From positions 576,001-640,000 of the forward strand of contig CAXXOA010000002.1 in NCBI GenBank assembly GCA_963666275.2: a DNA stretch of 64,000 nucleotides, written 5' to 3'. Shown here piece after piece: positions 56,161 to 64,000 of the stretch. This stretch comes from Oceanispirochaeta sp. (lineage in GTDB: Bacteria; Spirochaetota; Spirochaetia; DSM-2461). The notes under the pieces were generated by a model. It saw only the letters and a list, made by a program, of their open reading frames with translations, was not told the origin of the DNA and did not search any database. A program made the translations under genes and the position numbers. Within the stretch, counting starts at the first letter, position 1; every line of letters begins with the position of its first letter.

Positions 56161-57732
56161 TCAAATAAACACAGGCCCTTTATCAGCCGTAATGTTATCT
56201 TTTAAATTCCATGGTAATAATTCTTCCCATTCTTGTTCATTATTGATGAACGGAGCTTTAGAGAAAACATAATGCAGATAATCAAAGGGATTCAAATTAT
56301 TTTGTTTTGCAGTCTCAATCAGAGAATACATCCCGCAGGAACTGTCTGCCCCTTTGGGATTCCCGGAAAATAGCCAGTTTTTCCTCCCCAGAACAAAAGG
56401 ACGAATAGCATTTTCACTGGCATTATTATCCGGAGTCAGATAAGGGCTTTCCAGATATCGGATCAAATAATCCCATTGATTCAATGCATAGTGAACAGCC
56501 TTTCCTAAAGCACTTTCCGGTAAAACATTTTCAGCCCTTTTATCCAACCACTGTTTAAATGCATCAAGAATGGGTTCAGCCTTGCTTTTCCGTTGTTCCA
56601 GGAAATCTTCAGGAGACAATTTCCTACTCCTTAGATCATTTTCCAAGGCATAGAGCTTCTTGATATGTTTGATTCCTTCCAGAGCACTTTTAGATTTCTT
56701 ACTGGCTTTATCAGCCTCAATGAACTTCCTTCTGGCATGAGCAAAGCAGCCTACCAGATGTATATCGGGATTGCCTTCTACCGCGGTTTTGTATCCTTGA
56801 TATCCATCGGTTTGCAGATACCCTTTAAAACCAGTGAGAAAATTCTTCGCATATTCCGATGCCCGTGTCGGATGGTACTCATAATAAACAGCTTGTTGTC
56901 CCGGAGGACCGCCTCTGGCCAGCCACATATAGGATTTTTGTTTGTTATCCCGACCTGGTTCATTCAGAACCTGGACGGTTGTTTCATCCATTTGGAGCAC
57001 TGGACCGGATTTTATGTGTGTTTTCAGCAGTTCAAAGAGAGGGAGAAGGGCTTCGTAAGCCTTTTTCTGCCAATTACTCATATTCTGACGGCTAATCCGG
57101 GCTCCCATACGCTCAAACCGTTTTTCCTGTCGGTAAAAAGGAAGATGATCCACATACTTGTTTACCATCAGAAATGCCAACAGACCGGGAGTAACTATCC
57201 CTTTGGGGATAATGGTAGGCTCCGGGGGGGCAATCTTTACAGCAGGAACATCTTCATCGGCGGTTCCTTCGCAATTACCACAGGCATATTTTAACCGGAC
57301 AATCCGTTCTACCCAGATACGGGGAGGGATCACATGCAGTTTCTCAGAGATTTCTTCTCCGATTTTTTTCAGTTCTGTTCCGCAGGCACAGTTTTTTTCA
57401 TCTTCAGGAATATCAATAATCCGTTCTTTGCGGGGAAGGTTCTCATCCAGAGGCTTTCTGCCTGTTTTCTTACGCTTGTAAGAATCTATTTGCTGTTCTT
57501 CCGAACAGTCTTCCTCAGGAGTCTGTGGTTCATCAGAATCAAATAATTCAATCTGATCAGGGATATTTTCTGCTCTTCGACCGAATTGACGATGCAATGC
57601 CAAGGCCAACTTCTCTTCAAGAAGCTGATATTTCTTTTCCCAGTTCTGATTCTGGGCTTCTGATTCAGCAAGTTGCTTTTTCAGAGATAAAAATTCTTTT
57701 TGTGCTTCCAACGGAAGAGAGGAAATATCCAT
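56161..57732 (-). CDS. tnpC: IS66 transposase TnpC
   Basis: Same motifs as copy 1. Confidence 0.95.
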   Translation of the reverse strand: MDISSLPLEAQKEFLSLKKQLAESEAQNQNWEKKYQLLEEKLALALHRQFGRRAENIPDQIELFDSDEPQTPEEDCSEEQQIDSYKRKKTGRKPLDENLPRKERIIDIPEDEKNCACGTELKKIGEEISEKLHVIPPRIWVERIVRLKYACGNCEGTADEDVPAVKIAPPEPTIIPKGIVTPGLLAFLMVNKYVDHLPFYRQEKRFERMGARISRQNMSNWQKKAYEALLPLFELLKTHIKSGPVLQMDETTVQVLNEPGRDNKQKSYMWLARGGPPGQQAVYYEYHPTRASEYAKNFLTGFKGYLQTDGYQGYKTAVEGNPDIHLVGCFAHARRKFIEADKASKKSKSALEGIKHIKKLYALENDLRSRKLSPEDFLEQRKSKAEPILDAFKQWLDKRAENVLPESALGKAVHYALNQWDYLIRYLESPYLTPDNNASENAIRPFVLGRKNWLFSGNPKGADSSCGMYSLIETAKQNNLNPFDYLHYVFSKAPFINNEQEWEELLPWNLKDNITADKGPVFI

Positions 57733-57773
57733 AAGAGAATTTTAACAAAGACAGGAATTTGAGTAAATTCCTT

Positions 57774-58121
57774 TCAGGCAATTTCTGAATATTTTAATGT
57801 TTCGTGGGCTTTCCAGAAATCTATGCCCTTCAGAAGCATAGAGAGTTCTTCAAAGCTGATGGCTTTAGCAGCTTCTTCCGTATCTGGCCAGGGGAAGCGG
57901 TGCTTCTCCAGACGCTTCTGCCAGAGGCAGAAGCCTGTCTGATCCCAGTAAAGGGCTTTCAGAATCCGTCTCTGTTTATTACAGAACATAAAAAGAGAGC
58001 CGCAAAAAGGATCAAGAGACATTTCATCCTGAACTTCTACCGCCAAACCATTAATAGCTTTCCGCATATCGGTAACACCGGGTCGGATAAATATCTTGAT
58101 TTGAGAGAAATCCTTAATCAT
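57774..58121 (-). CDS. tnpB: IS66 accessory protein TnpB
   Basis: One residue different from copy 1. Confidence 0.93.
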   Translation of the reverse strand: MIKDFSQIKIFIRPGVTDMRKAINGLAVEVQDEMSLDPFCGSLFMFCNKQRRILKALYWDQTGFCLWQKRLEKHRFPWPDTEEAAKAISFEELSMLLKGIDFWKAHETLKYSEIA

Positions 58122-58416
58122 TGCACTGTTCCAAGGTCTGAAGCAGTTTTTTCAATGTGATTGTATCAAAGTTCCGATCCAGTTTTATCCGGTAGCCATT
58201 CCATTGTAACTCAATGGATGAGCCTTTGACTGTTTCCTTGGGCAATTTAACAGGAACTTCAACCAAGGATGGAGTTTTACGGTCATACCGCTTTTGCCAT
58301 CCGTGGAAAGTCGTTGTTTTCAGTTTTTTATCCCGGCAGAACTGACTTACAGATTTTCCGGACTGTTTCCACTCTGCCAAAAGAGCGTAGCGCTGATCCA
58401 TTGTGTATTGTTTCAT
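58114..58416 (-). CDS. tnpA: IS66 accessory protein TnpA
   Basis: Protein identical to copy 1. Confidence 0.88.
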   Translation of the reverse strand: MKQYTMDQRYALLAEWKQSGKSVSQFCRDKKLKTTTFHGWQKRYDRKTPSLVEVPVKLPKETVKGSSIELQWNGYRIKLDRNFDTITLKKLLQTLEQCND

Positions 58417-58538
58417 AGTAATTCTCCTGATGGAGATTGTACCGGGATGACTGGGAGATTTTTAGATGCGGTTTATTTGACGCTTACTAATAAACTAGAA
58501 AATAGGGAGAAGAATTGGAAAAAGAGTAATTCGTTATC

Positions 58539-58571
58539 AAGAGCACCTCTTTGCGGGGGTGCTTTTCTTTT
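58539..58571 (+). terminator. Intrinsic terminator with no intact upstream gene
   Basis: AGCACCTC-TTTGCG-GGGGTGCT then TTTCTTTT. Confidence 0.65.
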
Positions 58572-58756
58572 GTGGAAAAGTTTCGTCATTCAATTACCAA
58601 TAACATGCCTTATGTCTATAATTGAATACTAATGATATATTCCAAATAGCGATTATCGCACAATATGCATAGTTCTGTGCAAGATTTTTGCCTTACTTTT
58701 TTGCTGCTCCCGCCATCCAATGGTGGGCAATTATAGAAACATATGAGGATTTCAAA

Positions 58757-58957
58757 ATGATTTATGAAAGCTACTATTGGAAAGAAGAGCTTTACCGAAA
58801 TGCAAAATGGTTAGTAGAATCCTTATCAAAAAAGAAATGGTTAGATCGAAGTTTCGCAAAGTTAGAGAAATGCTTGATGCTTTCAGCATATTCTTTGCGT
58901 AAACTATCTGAATCAAAAAAAATACCAGATGAGTTTATGAATAAACAGAAGTTCTGA
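58757..58957 (+). pseudogene. Truncated hypothetical gene (MIYESYYWKEEL...)
   Basis: GAGG RBS before ATG 58757; frame runs into the IS3 remnant. Confidence 0.5.
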
Positions 58958-59325
58958 ATCAGGTGATTCACAACCTGTTTCTTTACTCCGGGTCGCAGAA
59001 CTTTTTTATGATTTCCTTCTGAGCCATGTTGTCCAATGAAAGTTCAGCAACAAGCTTCTTTAGGTTTTCATTTTCAGATTCTAGTTGCCTTAACCTGACA
59101 ACTTCTTTGGTAGTCATTCCACCATATTTCTTTTTCCAATTGAAAAAAGTGTTCTCACTAATGCCATAGTCTCGGGCTATCTCTTTTACCTTCTTGCCGG
59201 CAACCTGTTCATTCAGGATTTTTACAATTTGCTCTTCTGTAAATCTCTTTTTCATCTCAGCCTCCATTGTATAATTGGGCTGAAAACTAATCTAGCTCGT
59301 GGTACAGTTTAAAGGGATGGGGTCA
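58945..59325 (-). mobile_element. IS3-family remnant: left end, orfA and start of orfB
   Basis: TGACCCC.. left end at 59325; A6G frameshift motif at the end of orfA; orfB missing; inner boundary approximate. Confidence 0.8.
58983..59255 (-). CDS. IS3-family transposase OrfA
   Basis: KRFTEEQIVKIL..GISENTFFNWKKKYGGM..LESENENLKKLVAELSLD. Confidence 0.9.
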   Translation of the reverse strand: MKKRFTEEQIVKILNEQVAGKKVKEIARDYGISENTFFNWKKKYGGMTTKEVVRLRQLESENENLKKLVAELSLDNMAQKEIIKKFCDPE

Positions 59326-59435
59326 GGCCGATGAAATAAAACTTCGGCACACCCTATATGGAGAACATAAGGGAATGTTGAAAGGGCACCTCATTAGATG
59401 AAAATTTTTTTTGAATGAAAATATAACTTTTCCCA

Positions 59436-59798
59436 TTATTTTGATTGAGTTTTCTGTTGAAAGATAATTTTCCACTTCCCTCCGATATTCTGCCAGACAG
59501 AACTGTAATTGACTTTATTTCGCTTATTCTTAATCACTTGCACTGCTTCATACATAAGTAAAATGACACTGTCTGAAAGTATGATTGAATCCCTTTTTTC
59601 TCCTATAAAGGAGACCCCATCAAGTAAGTCTAATTTTGAAATCTTAGAATGAATTTTTATTCCAGCTTCATTGATTTCAATACATTCATCATTAAGTAGT
59701 TCTGAAACAAATTTTTTATCACCCCTATTCTTATTATTAAGCAGCTTTTCTTCAAATTGAATCAGCTTCTTTTCTAAACCATCTAGAGAATCGTTCAT
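59436..59798 (-). CDS. DUF4440/NTF2-like protein
   Basis: EEKLL..R.D...LL.DE.IEI..G and SSVW...GKWKIIFQQ.T; GGAGG RBS. Confidence 0.75.
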   Translation of the reverse strand: MNDSLDGLEKKLIQFEEKLLNNKNRGDKKFVSELLNDECIEINEAGIKIHSKISKLDLLDGVSFIGEKRDSIILSDSVILLMYEAVQVIKNKRNKVNYSSVWQNIGGKWKIIFQQKTQSK

Positions 59799-60233
59799 GG
59801 TAATACCTCCAATGAACCTTCTTCATTATATTTCAATTGAAGAAATCAAATAATAGACAAACCCATAGAAAAACTGATTGAGATAAATTATTACTGTAAA
59901 AAACTCTATTTTCCCATTGTTTTTTACAAAAAGTTAACAGTATGAAAACCATTCCATTTCTGATGATTTCATCAGTCATCAAAATATCGCTTTCACAAGC
60001 TATAATACCTTATGCCTAATTGGTTTTGCTCATTGAAGTTTGCTACATAAAACATGAGAAGTATTCAGGATGGCCGCCACCCTGAACATGGTCTGTCTCT
60101 GCTTTGAGTGTAGCGGCGGATAGAGTTTGCCTGCGTTATCCAGGCGGAAGTCGTAGGATTGATCCTTCGTTTGGAGTTCAATAAAAGTATAGCAGAGACC
60201 GTATCCGGTTCTTTGGCCGGAACTTGCTTTGTC

Positions 60234-61097
60234 CTAAAGATCTGAGAGGGTTGTCTTATTCCGCCCGTTTGTCTTTGATTGATAAAGGGCATTGTCTGCC
60301 TTCCTGATAATTTCCGAAATCTCATTGTTCTGTTCTGTAATAATCGAGATTCCGATACTGATCGTTATTTTCATCTCATCCCGGTACTTTTCTTCAACTC
60401 TTTCTCTGATGCGCTCTGCCAATTCATAGGATTCAGGTTCTGTCGTATGGGGAAGCACGATCATAAACTCTTCACCGCCGAATCTTGTACAGATATCCAG
60501 CTCTCTCAGATCAAGACTCAGTAACTTGCTGATTTCCACCAGTACTTCATCTCCCGTTTGATGTCCGTATTTATCATTGATGGATTTAAAATGATCTATG
60601 TCGATCATCAGAAGAGAGAATGGAATTTTATAACGTTTGAAACGGCTTGTTTCTATGGATAAAACCTGCGTCAGATGCTGTCTGTTGTACAATTTGGTCA
60701 ATGTATCCACGGAGGAAAGCTCTACAATTTTTCCTAAAAAAGCACTTCCGATTATTTTGGGTTCAATAATTTCATCTTTAATATTTGTCAGATAATCCAG
60801 GGTCGCTACTGTAATTTCGACATTTCTATTGAGCTGTCTGGATAAGCTGTTTTTATGATCTATTATGGCCTTCCAGATCATAGTGGCTTCATCTTTATCG
60901 AAGACTTCATTGGTAAGATGAAAAAGAACTTTTACATACAAATCGCTTTCTGATTCCTTCAAAAGGGTTTCAAAGAGTTCTTTTTCTTCGGTTGACTGTA
61001 AGCGGTCCCCGGCAATTCCCGAAATAAACCTGGGTGTAAAAATTTTATTATTTATTATATCAAAAAGTTTCGTATGGTCATTTTTCTCTCTTTTCAT
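60234..61097 (-). CDS. Diguanylate cyclase (GGDEF)
   Basis: DTLTKLYNR, DIDHFKSINDKYGH, RELD I-site, GGEEF; start re-called at 61097. Confidence 0.92.
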   Translation of the reverse strand: MKREKNDHTKLFDIINNKIFTPRFISGIAGDRLQSTEEKELFETLLKESESDLYVKVLFHLTNEVFDKDEATMIWKAIIDHKNSLSRQLNRNVEITVATLDYLTNIKDEIIEPKIIGSAFLGKIVELSSVDTLTKLYNRQHLTQVLSIETSRFKRYKIPFSLLMIDIDHFKSINDKYGHQTGDEVLVEISKLLSLDLRELDICTRFGGEEFMIVLPHTTEPESYELAERIRERVEEKYRDEMKITISIGISIITEQNNEISEIIRKADNALYQSKTNGRNKTTLSDL

Positions 61098-61806
61098 CCC
61101 ATTTCCCTCTGGTTGAGAATATATACCCTCTTTTTCGTATATTTTTGAAATACACAGGCTTGGAAGGGTCTTCTTCAAAGTATTTTCTTAACCGCATCAC
61201 AAAGTTATCGACTGTACGGGTTTCCGTTTCTGTACTTGTTTTCCAAACCTTTTTAAGAAGTTCCTGTTTGGATAGTATCTGGTCTTCGTTTAAGACAAAG
61301 CATTTTAACAAGGCGCTTTCAAGAGGTGTCAATTTGAATGAACCTTTTAAGGATTGGCAGGTCGAATTTTCAAAATCGATCCGGTTTTTACCAAAGGAAT
61401 ATTCGTCCATATCGGAAATATTCTTTCTATACCAGCTCCTTCTTTTTAACATACCGCTGATCCTCAGGAGCAGTTCTTTGATATGAAATGGTTTCGGCAG
61501 ATAATCATCTGCTCCCAGGGAAAGACCTATAATTTTATCCCGGATTTCAGATCTTGCCGAAACAATAAGAATAGGTAACGTGGGTGAGTCTGATCGTATT
61601 TTCTCCAGTATTTTGAATCCATTGTAATAGGGGAGCATTATATCGAGTATGATGAGATCTATATCATCATTATTCGACAGTTTCATTGCCTGTCTTCCCT
61701 CTTCTGCCCAGAGAACCCTGTACCCTTCTGTTTCCAGATTGAATATAATGCTGGACGCCAGATTCTTATCATCTTCTATGAGAAGAATTAATTCTCCGTC
61801 GGACAA
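61078..61806 (-). CDS. OmpR-family response regulator
   Basis: IEDD, LDIMLP, GADDYLPKPF, wHTH RTVDNFVMRLRK. Confidence 0.93.
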   Translation of the reverse strand: MSDGELILLIEDDKNLASSIIFNLETEGYRVLWAEEGRQAMKLSNNDDIDLIILDIMLPYYNGFKILEKIRSDSPTLPILIVSARSEIRDKIIGLSLGADDYLPKPFHIKELLLRISGMLKRRSWYRKNISDMDEYSFGKNRIDFENSTCQSLKGSFKLTPLESALLKCFVLNEDQILSKQELLKKVWKTSTETETRTVDNFVMRLRKYFEEDPSKPVYFKNIRKRGYIFSTRGKWDEKREK

Positions 61807-61821
61807 AGTGCTCCCCTGTTA

Positions 61822-62784
61822 TTAATTATTCGCCTTATCTGCTGGCAGTTCAATGTAAAACAGGGTTCCCTTACTTTTTCTTTTTTGGCGAATCTGAATT
61901 TTCCCTTTATGTATTTGGAGAATTTCCCTGCACCAGTTGAGACCCAAGCCCAGGCCTTTGAGAGATAAATCGGGAAAAGTTTTTATCTGAACAAATTTTT
62001 TAAAAACGCGTTTTCTGAATTTGCGGGAGATACCGATTCCTTCATCCGAAAAAACCATAATGAACTTCTTCTTTTTATATCCTAAATATATTCTGATTTT
62101 CACCGGCGGAGAACCGAATTTTATTGAGTTATCAATCAGATTGCTTAAAACTGCCATAAAAGCGGAAGGATCAATTTTTATAAGGGATTTGGAATTTCCG
62201 ATTACAGCAATACTGTTGTCATCCAGGTTGAACCGGCTTTGAAGGACTTTGATCGCTGTTCTGATATATATATCCGCAGGAAGCAGTACCGGTGAGAAAA
62301 TGTCTTTTTTCTTATGGATTTTTGAGATTTCCAGAATGGATGCAATCATTTGATTCAGTCTTATTGTGTCGTTTTCCAAGCGGTTGAGAAAATCATAATA
62401 GGCACTGTCGGAAAGGTTCCTGTTTCCGAGTGTTTCACAAATCACCTGAATGGACGCAACAGGTGTCTTTAAGTCATGTGTAATGCTGAAAAAAAAATCA
62501 TCATAAATACGATTGATTTTTGTCTGTCTGATCAACTTATAAAACAGAATAACCGTTCCGGCAGAATTCAGAAAAATCAGAATGAGCCCGCAGAGGAAGA
62601 GAAAGGTTTTTAACGGAACAGTAAAAGTAGCGAAATTAATGACATGTTGCAGAGTCGGGTAGATTTCATCATCAGAGAAAAACAGCCGAACCCATAGCCC
62701 TATCAGTATCAGGAAGAAGATCTGTACCAGAACAAATAGAGTCACCGAAGTCTGAAGGCTGATTCTTTTTTTTGTTTTGCTCAT
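61822..62784 (-). CDS. Sensor histidine kinase
   Basis: Two TM helices, THDLKTP, NLIDNSIKF, DEGIGI, GLGLGL. Confidence 0.9.
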   Translation of the reverse strand: MSKTKKRISLQTSVTLFVLVQIFFLILIGLWVRLFFSDDEIYPTLQHVINFATFTVPLKTFLFLCGLILIFLNSAGTVILFYKLIRQTKINRIYDDFFFSITHDLKTPVASIQVICETLGNRNLSDSAYYDFLNRLENDTIRLNQMIASILEISKIHKKKDIFSPVLLPADIYIRTAIKVLQSRFNLDDNSIAVIGNSKSLIKIDPSAFMAVLSNLIDNSIKFGSPPVKIRIYLGYKKKKFIMVFSDEGIGISRKFRKRVFKKFVQIKTFPDLSLKGLGLGLNWCREILQIHKGKIQIRQKRKSKGTLFYIELPADKANN

Positions 62785-62870
62785 CTGACTTTTACACTTC
62801 TTTTACTTTACCAGTTATTCAGGCTGTTATGATTATAAATATAGTACATTTGTACTTGGGAGGTTTGATC

Positions 62871-64000
62871 ATGAAAATTCTCCTGGTGTATCCGGAAATC
62901 CCTCCGACATTTTGGAGCTTCAAATATGCCCTGAAATTTATTGGCAAAAAGGCCTCCGACCCTCCTTTGGGACTGCTGACTTTAGCATCCTTACTTCCTT
63001 CGGTGTGGGAGAAAAAACTGGTGGATCTGAATACCCGCAGGTTGTCTCAAAAAGATGTCGCCTGGGCGGATTTAGTTTTCATCAGTGGTATGGATATTCA
63101 GAAGAAGTCTTTTATTGAAGTGGTTAAAAGATGTAAGGGGGCGGGGAAATTTGTTGTGGCTGGTGGTCCAATGGTCACCCAGTATCCGGAAGGTTTTCCC
63201 GATGTAGACTGTTTTATTCTGAATGAAGCGGAAATTACGATGGAACCTTTTCTCCGGGATCTGGAATCAGAGCATTTGAAAAGGGTCTATAAGACAGGAG
63301 GTTTTGCGGATCTGTCACAAACTCCCAGTCCGGACTGGAGTCTTCTACATTTGAAGGATTATGCTTCAATGGATCTTCAGTATTCCCGAGGGTGTCCATT
63401 CAATTGCGAGTTCTGCAGCATTACAGCTCTCTTCGGGCATAAACCCCGTGTAAAGGCGACAGATCAGTTTCTGGATGAGATAACCTCCCTGTATGATGCT
63501 AAGTGGAGAGGTCCTGTCTTTATTGTGGATGACAATTTCATAGGGAATAAAAGGCGTCTGAAGAATGAAATGCTTCCGGATTTGATCTCTTGGCAGGAAG
63601 ATCACCACTATCCCTTTAGTTTTACAACAGAGGTCTCCATAAACCTCTCTGATGATGAGGAACTCATGGACATGATGAGGCAGGCCGGTTTCAGTACCTG
63701 TTTTGTCGGAATTGAATCTTCGGAAGAGGCCAGTCTGACTGAGTGTCATAAAACACAAAACCAGGGCAGGGATATGGTTCAAAGTGTGAAAACCATGCAG
63801 CGGAAGGGTTTTAATATTTCGGGAGGGTTCATCATAGGGTTTGATAACGATCCTGCTGATATTTTTGACAGACAGGCCAAGTTCATTCAGAACAGCGGGA
63901 TTGTCACCGCTATGGTAGGACTTCTGAATGCACCTTTGGGCACCCGTTTGTATAAAAGACTGAAAGAAGAAAACAGGATAATTTCTGGTATAACTGGAAA
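62871..64000 (+). CDS. B12-binding radical SAM protein (DUF4070-type), truncated by the window end
   Basis: Not in the ORF track; GGAGG RBS, MKILLVYPEIPPTFWSF..PPLGLLT..VAGGP..RGCPFNCEFC..DDNF. Confidence 0.9.
   Translation, partial: MKILLVYPEIPPTFWSFKYALKFIGKKASDPPLGLLTLASLLPSVWEKKLVDLNTRRLSQKDVAWADLVFISGMDIQKKSFIEVVKRCKGAGKFVVAGGPMVTQYPEGFPDVDCFILNEAEITMEPFLRDLESEHLKRVYKTGGFADLSQTPSPDWSLLHLKDYASMDLQYSRGCPFNCEFCSITALFGHKPRVKATDQFLDEITSLYDAKWRGPVFIVDDNFIGNKRRLKNEMLPDLISWQEDHHYPFSFTTEVSINLSDDEELMDMMRQAGFSTCFVGIESSEEASLTECHKTQNQGRDMVQSVKTMQRKGFNISGGFIIGFDNDPADIFDRQAKFIQNSGIVTAMVGLLNAPLGTRLYKRLKEENRIISGITG

Larger units (their letters stand above)
56154..58487 (-). mobile_element. IS66-family element, copy 2 (2334 bp), no target duplication
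   Basis: GTAAGCGTCAAATAAAC / GTTTATTTGACGCTTAC; flanks GTTTGGAA and TAATAAAC differ. Confidence 0.95.

Noticed and set aside
60100..60140. c-di-GMP-I riboswitch (GGCAAAC on the minus strand near the GGDEF gene)
   Set aside because: Lacks the GAAA-tetraloop stem and GACGCAAAG segment, and lies 3' of the cyclase
63366..63782. 138-aa minus-strand ORF
   Set aside because: Antisense to the radical SAM gene that the ORF track missed because it runs off the window

Overview
Bacterial chromosomal window; gene content resembles a free-living spirochaete (Spirochaetaceae-like), which is an inference. Positions 1-47.2 kb are mostly core and metabolic genes: cytidylyltransferase, two Wzi-like proteins, tRNA-Leu, plsC, acyl-CoA ligase, Hsp70-like, rlmN, RNase HII-like, topB, rex, flavodoxin, leuCD, Hsp20, HD-GYP/kinase/LuxR, TIGR03545/03546, MCP, TetR, Na+:solute symporter, metal ABC and an adenylate cyclase. 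This part is interrupted by a ~1.06 kb tandem duplication of a RAYT-type HUH transposase that also copied the 5' end of the neighbouring Hsp70 gene. An accessory region starts at the CAT-anticodon tRNA (probably Ile2, 47366-47439). It holds an 8.6 kb island with no integrase, bounded by a 52-bp exact (113-bp extended) direct repeat. The island carries a translationally coupled cassette: gp5/VgrG OB-fold-PAAR-TTR spike fusion, NlpC/P60 putative cell-wall hydrolase effector, and exported YARHG putative immunity protein. This orphan contractile-injection warhead module is the best candidate for an undescribed system. It is followed by two IS66 copies, an IS3 remnant, a GGDEF/response regulator/kinase operon and a radical SAM gene cut off by the window end. 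Other signals: two covarying hairpins in the tRNA leader, dif-like sites, a possible Leu attenuator before leuC, a sigma54 promoter before hsp20 and twin CCGAC-N6-GTCGG palindromes. All product calls come from motif recognition; no searches were run.
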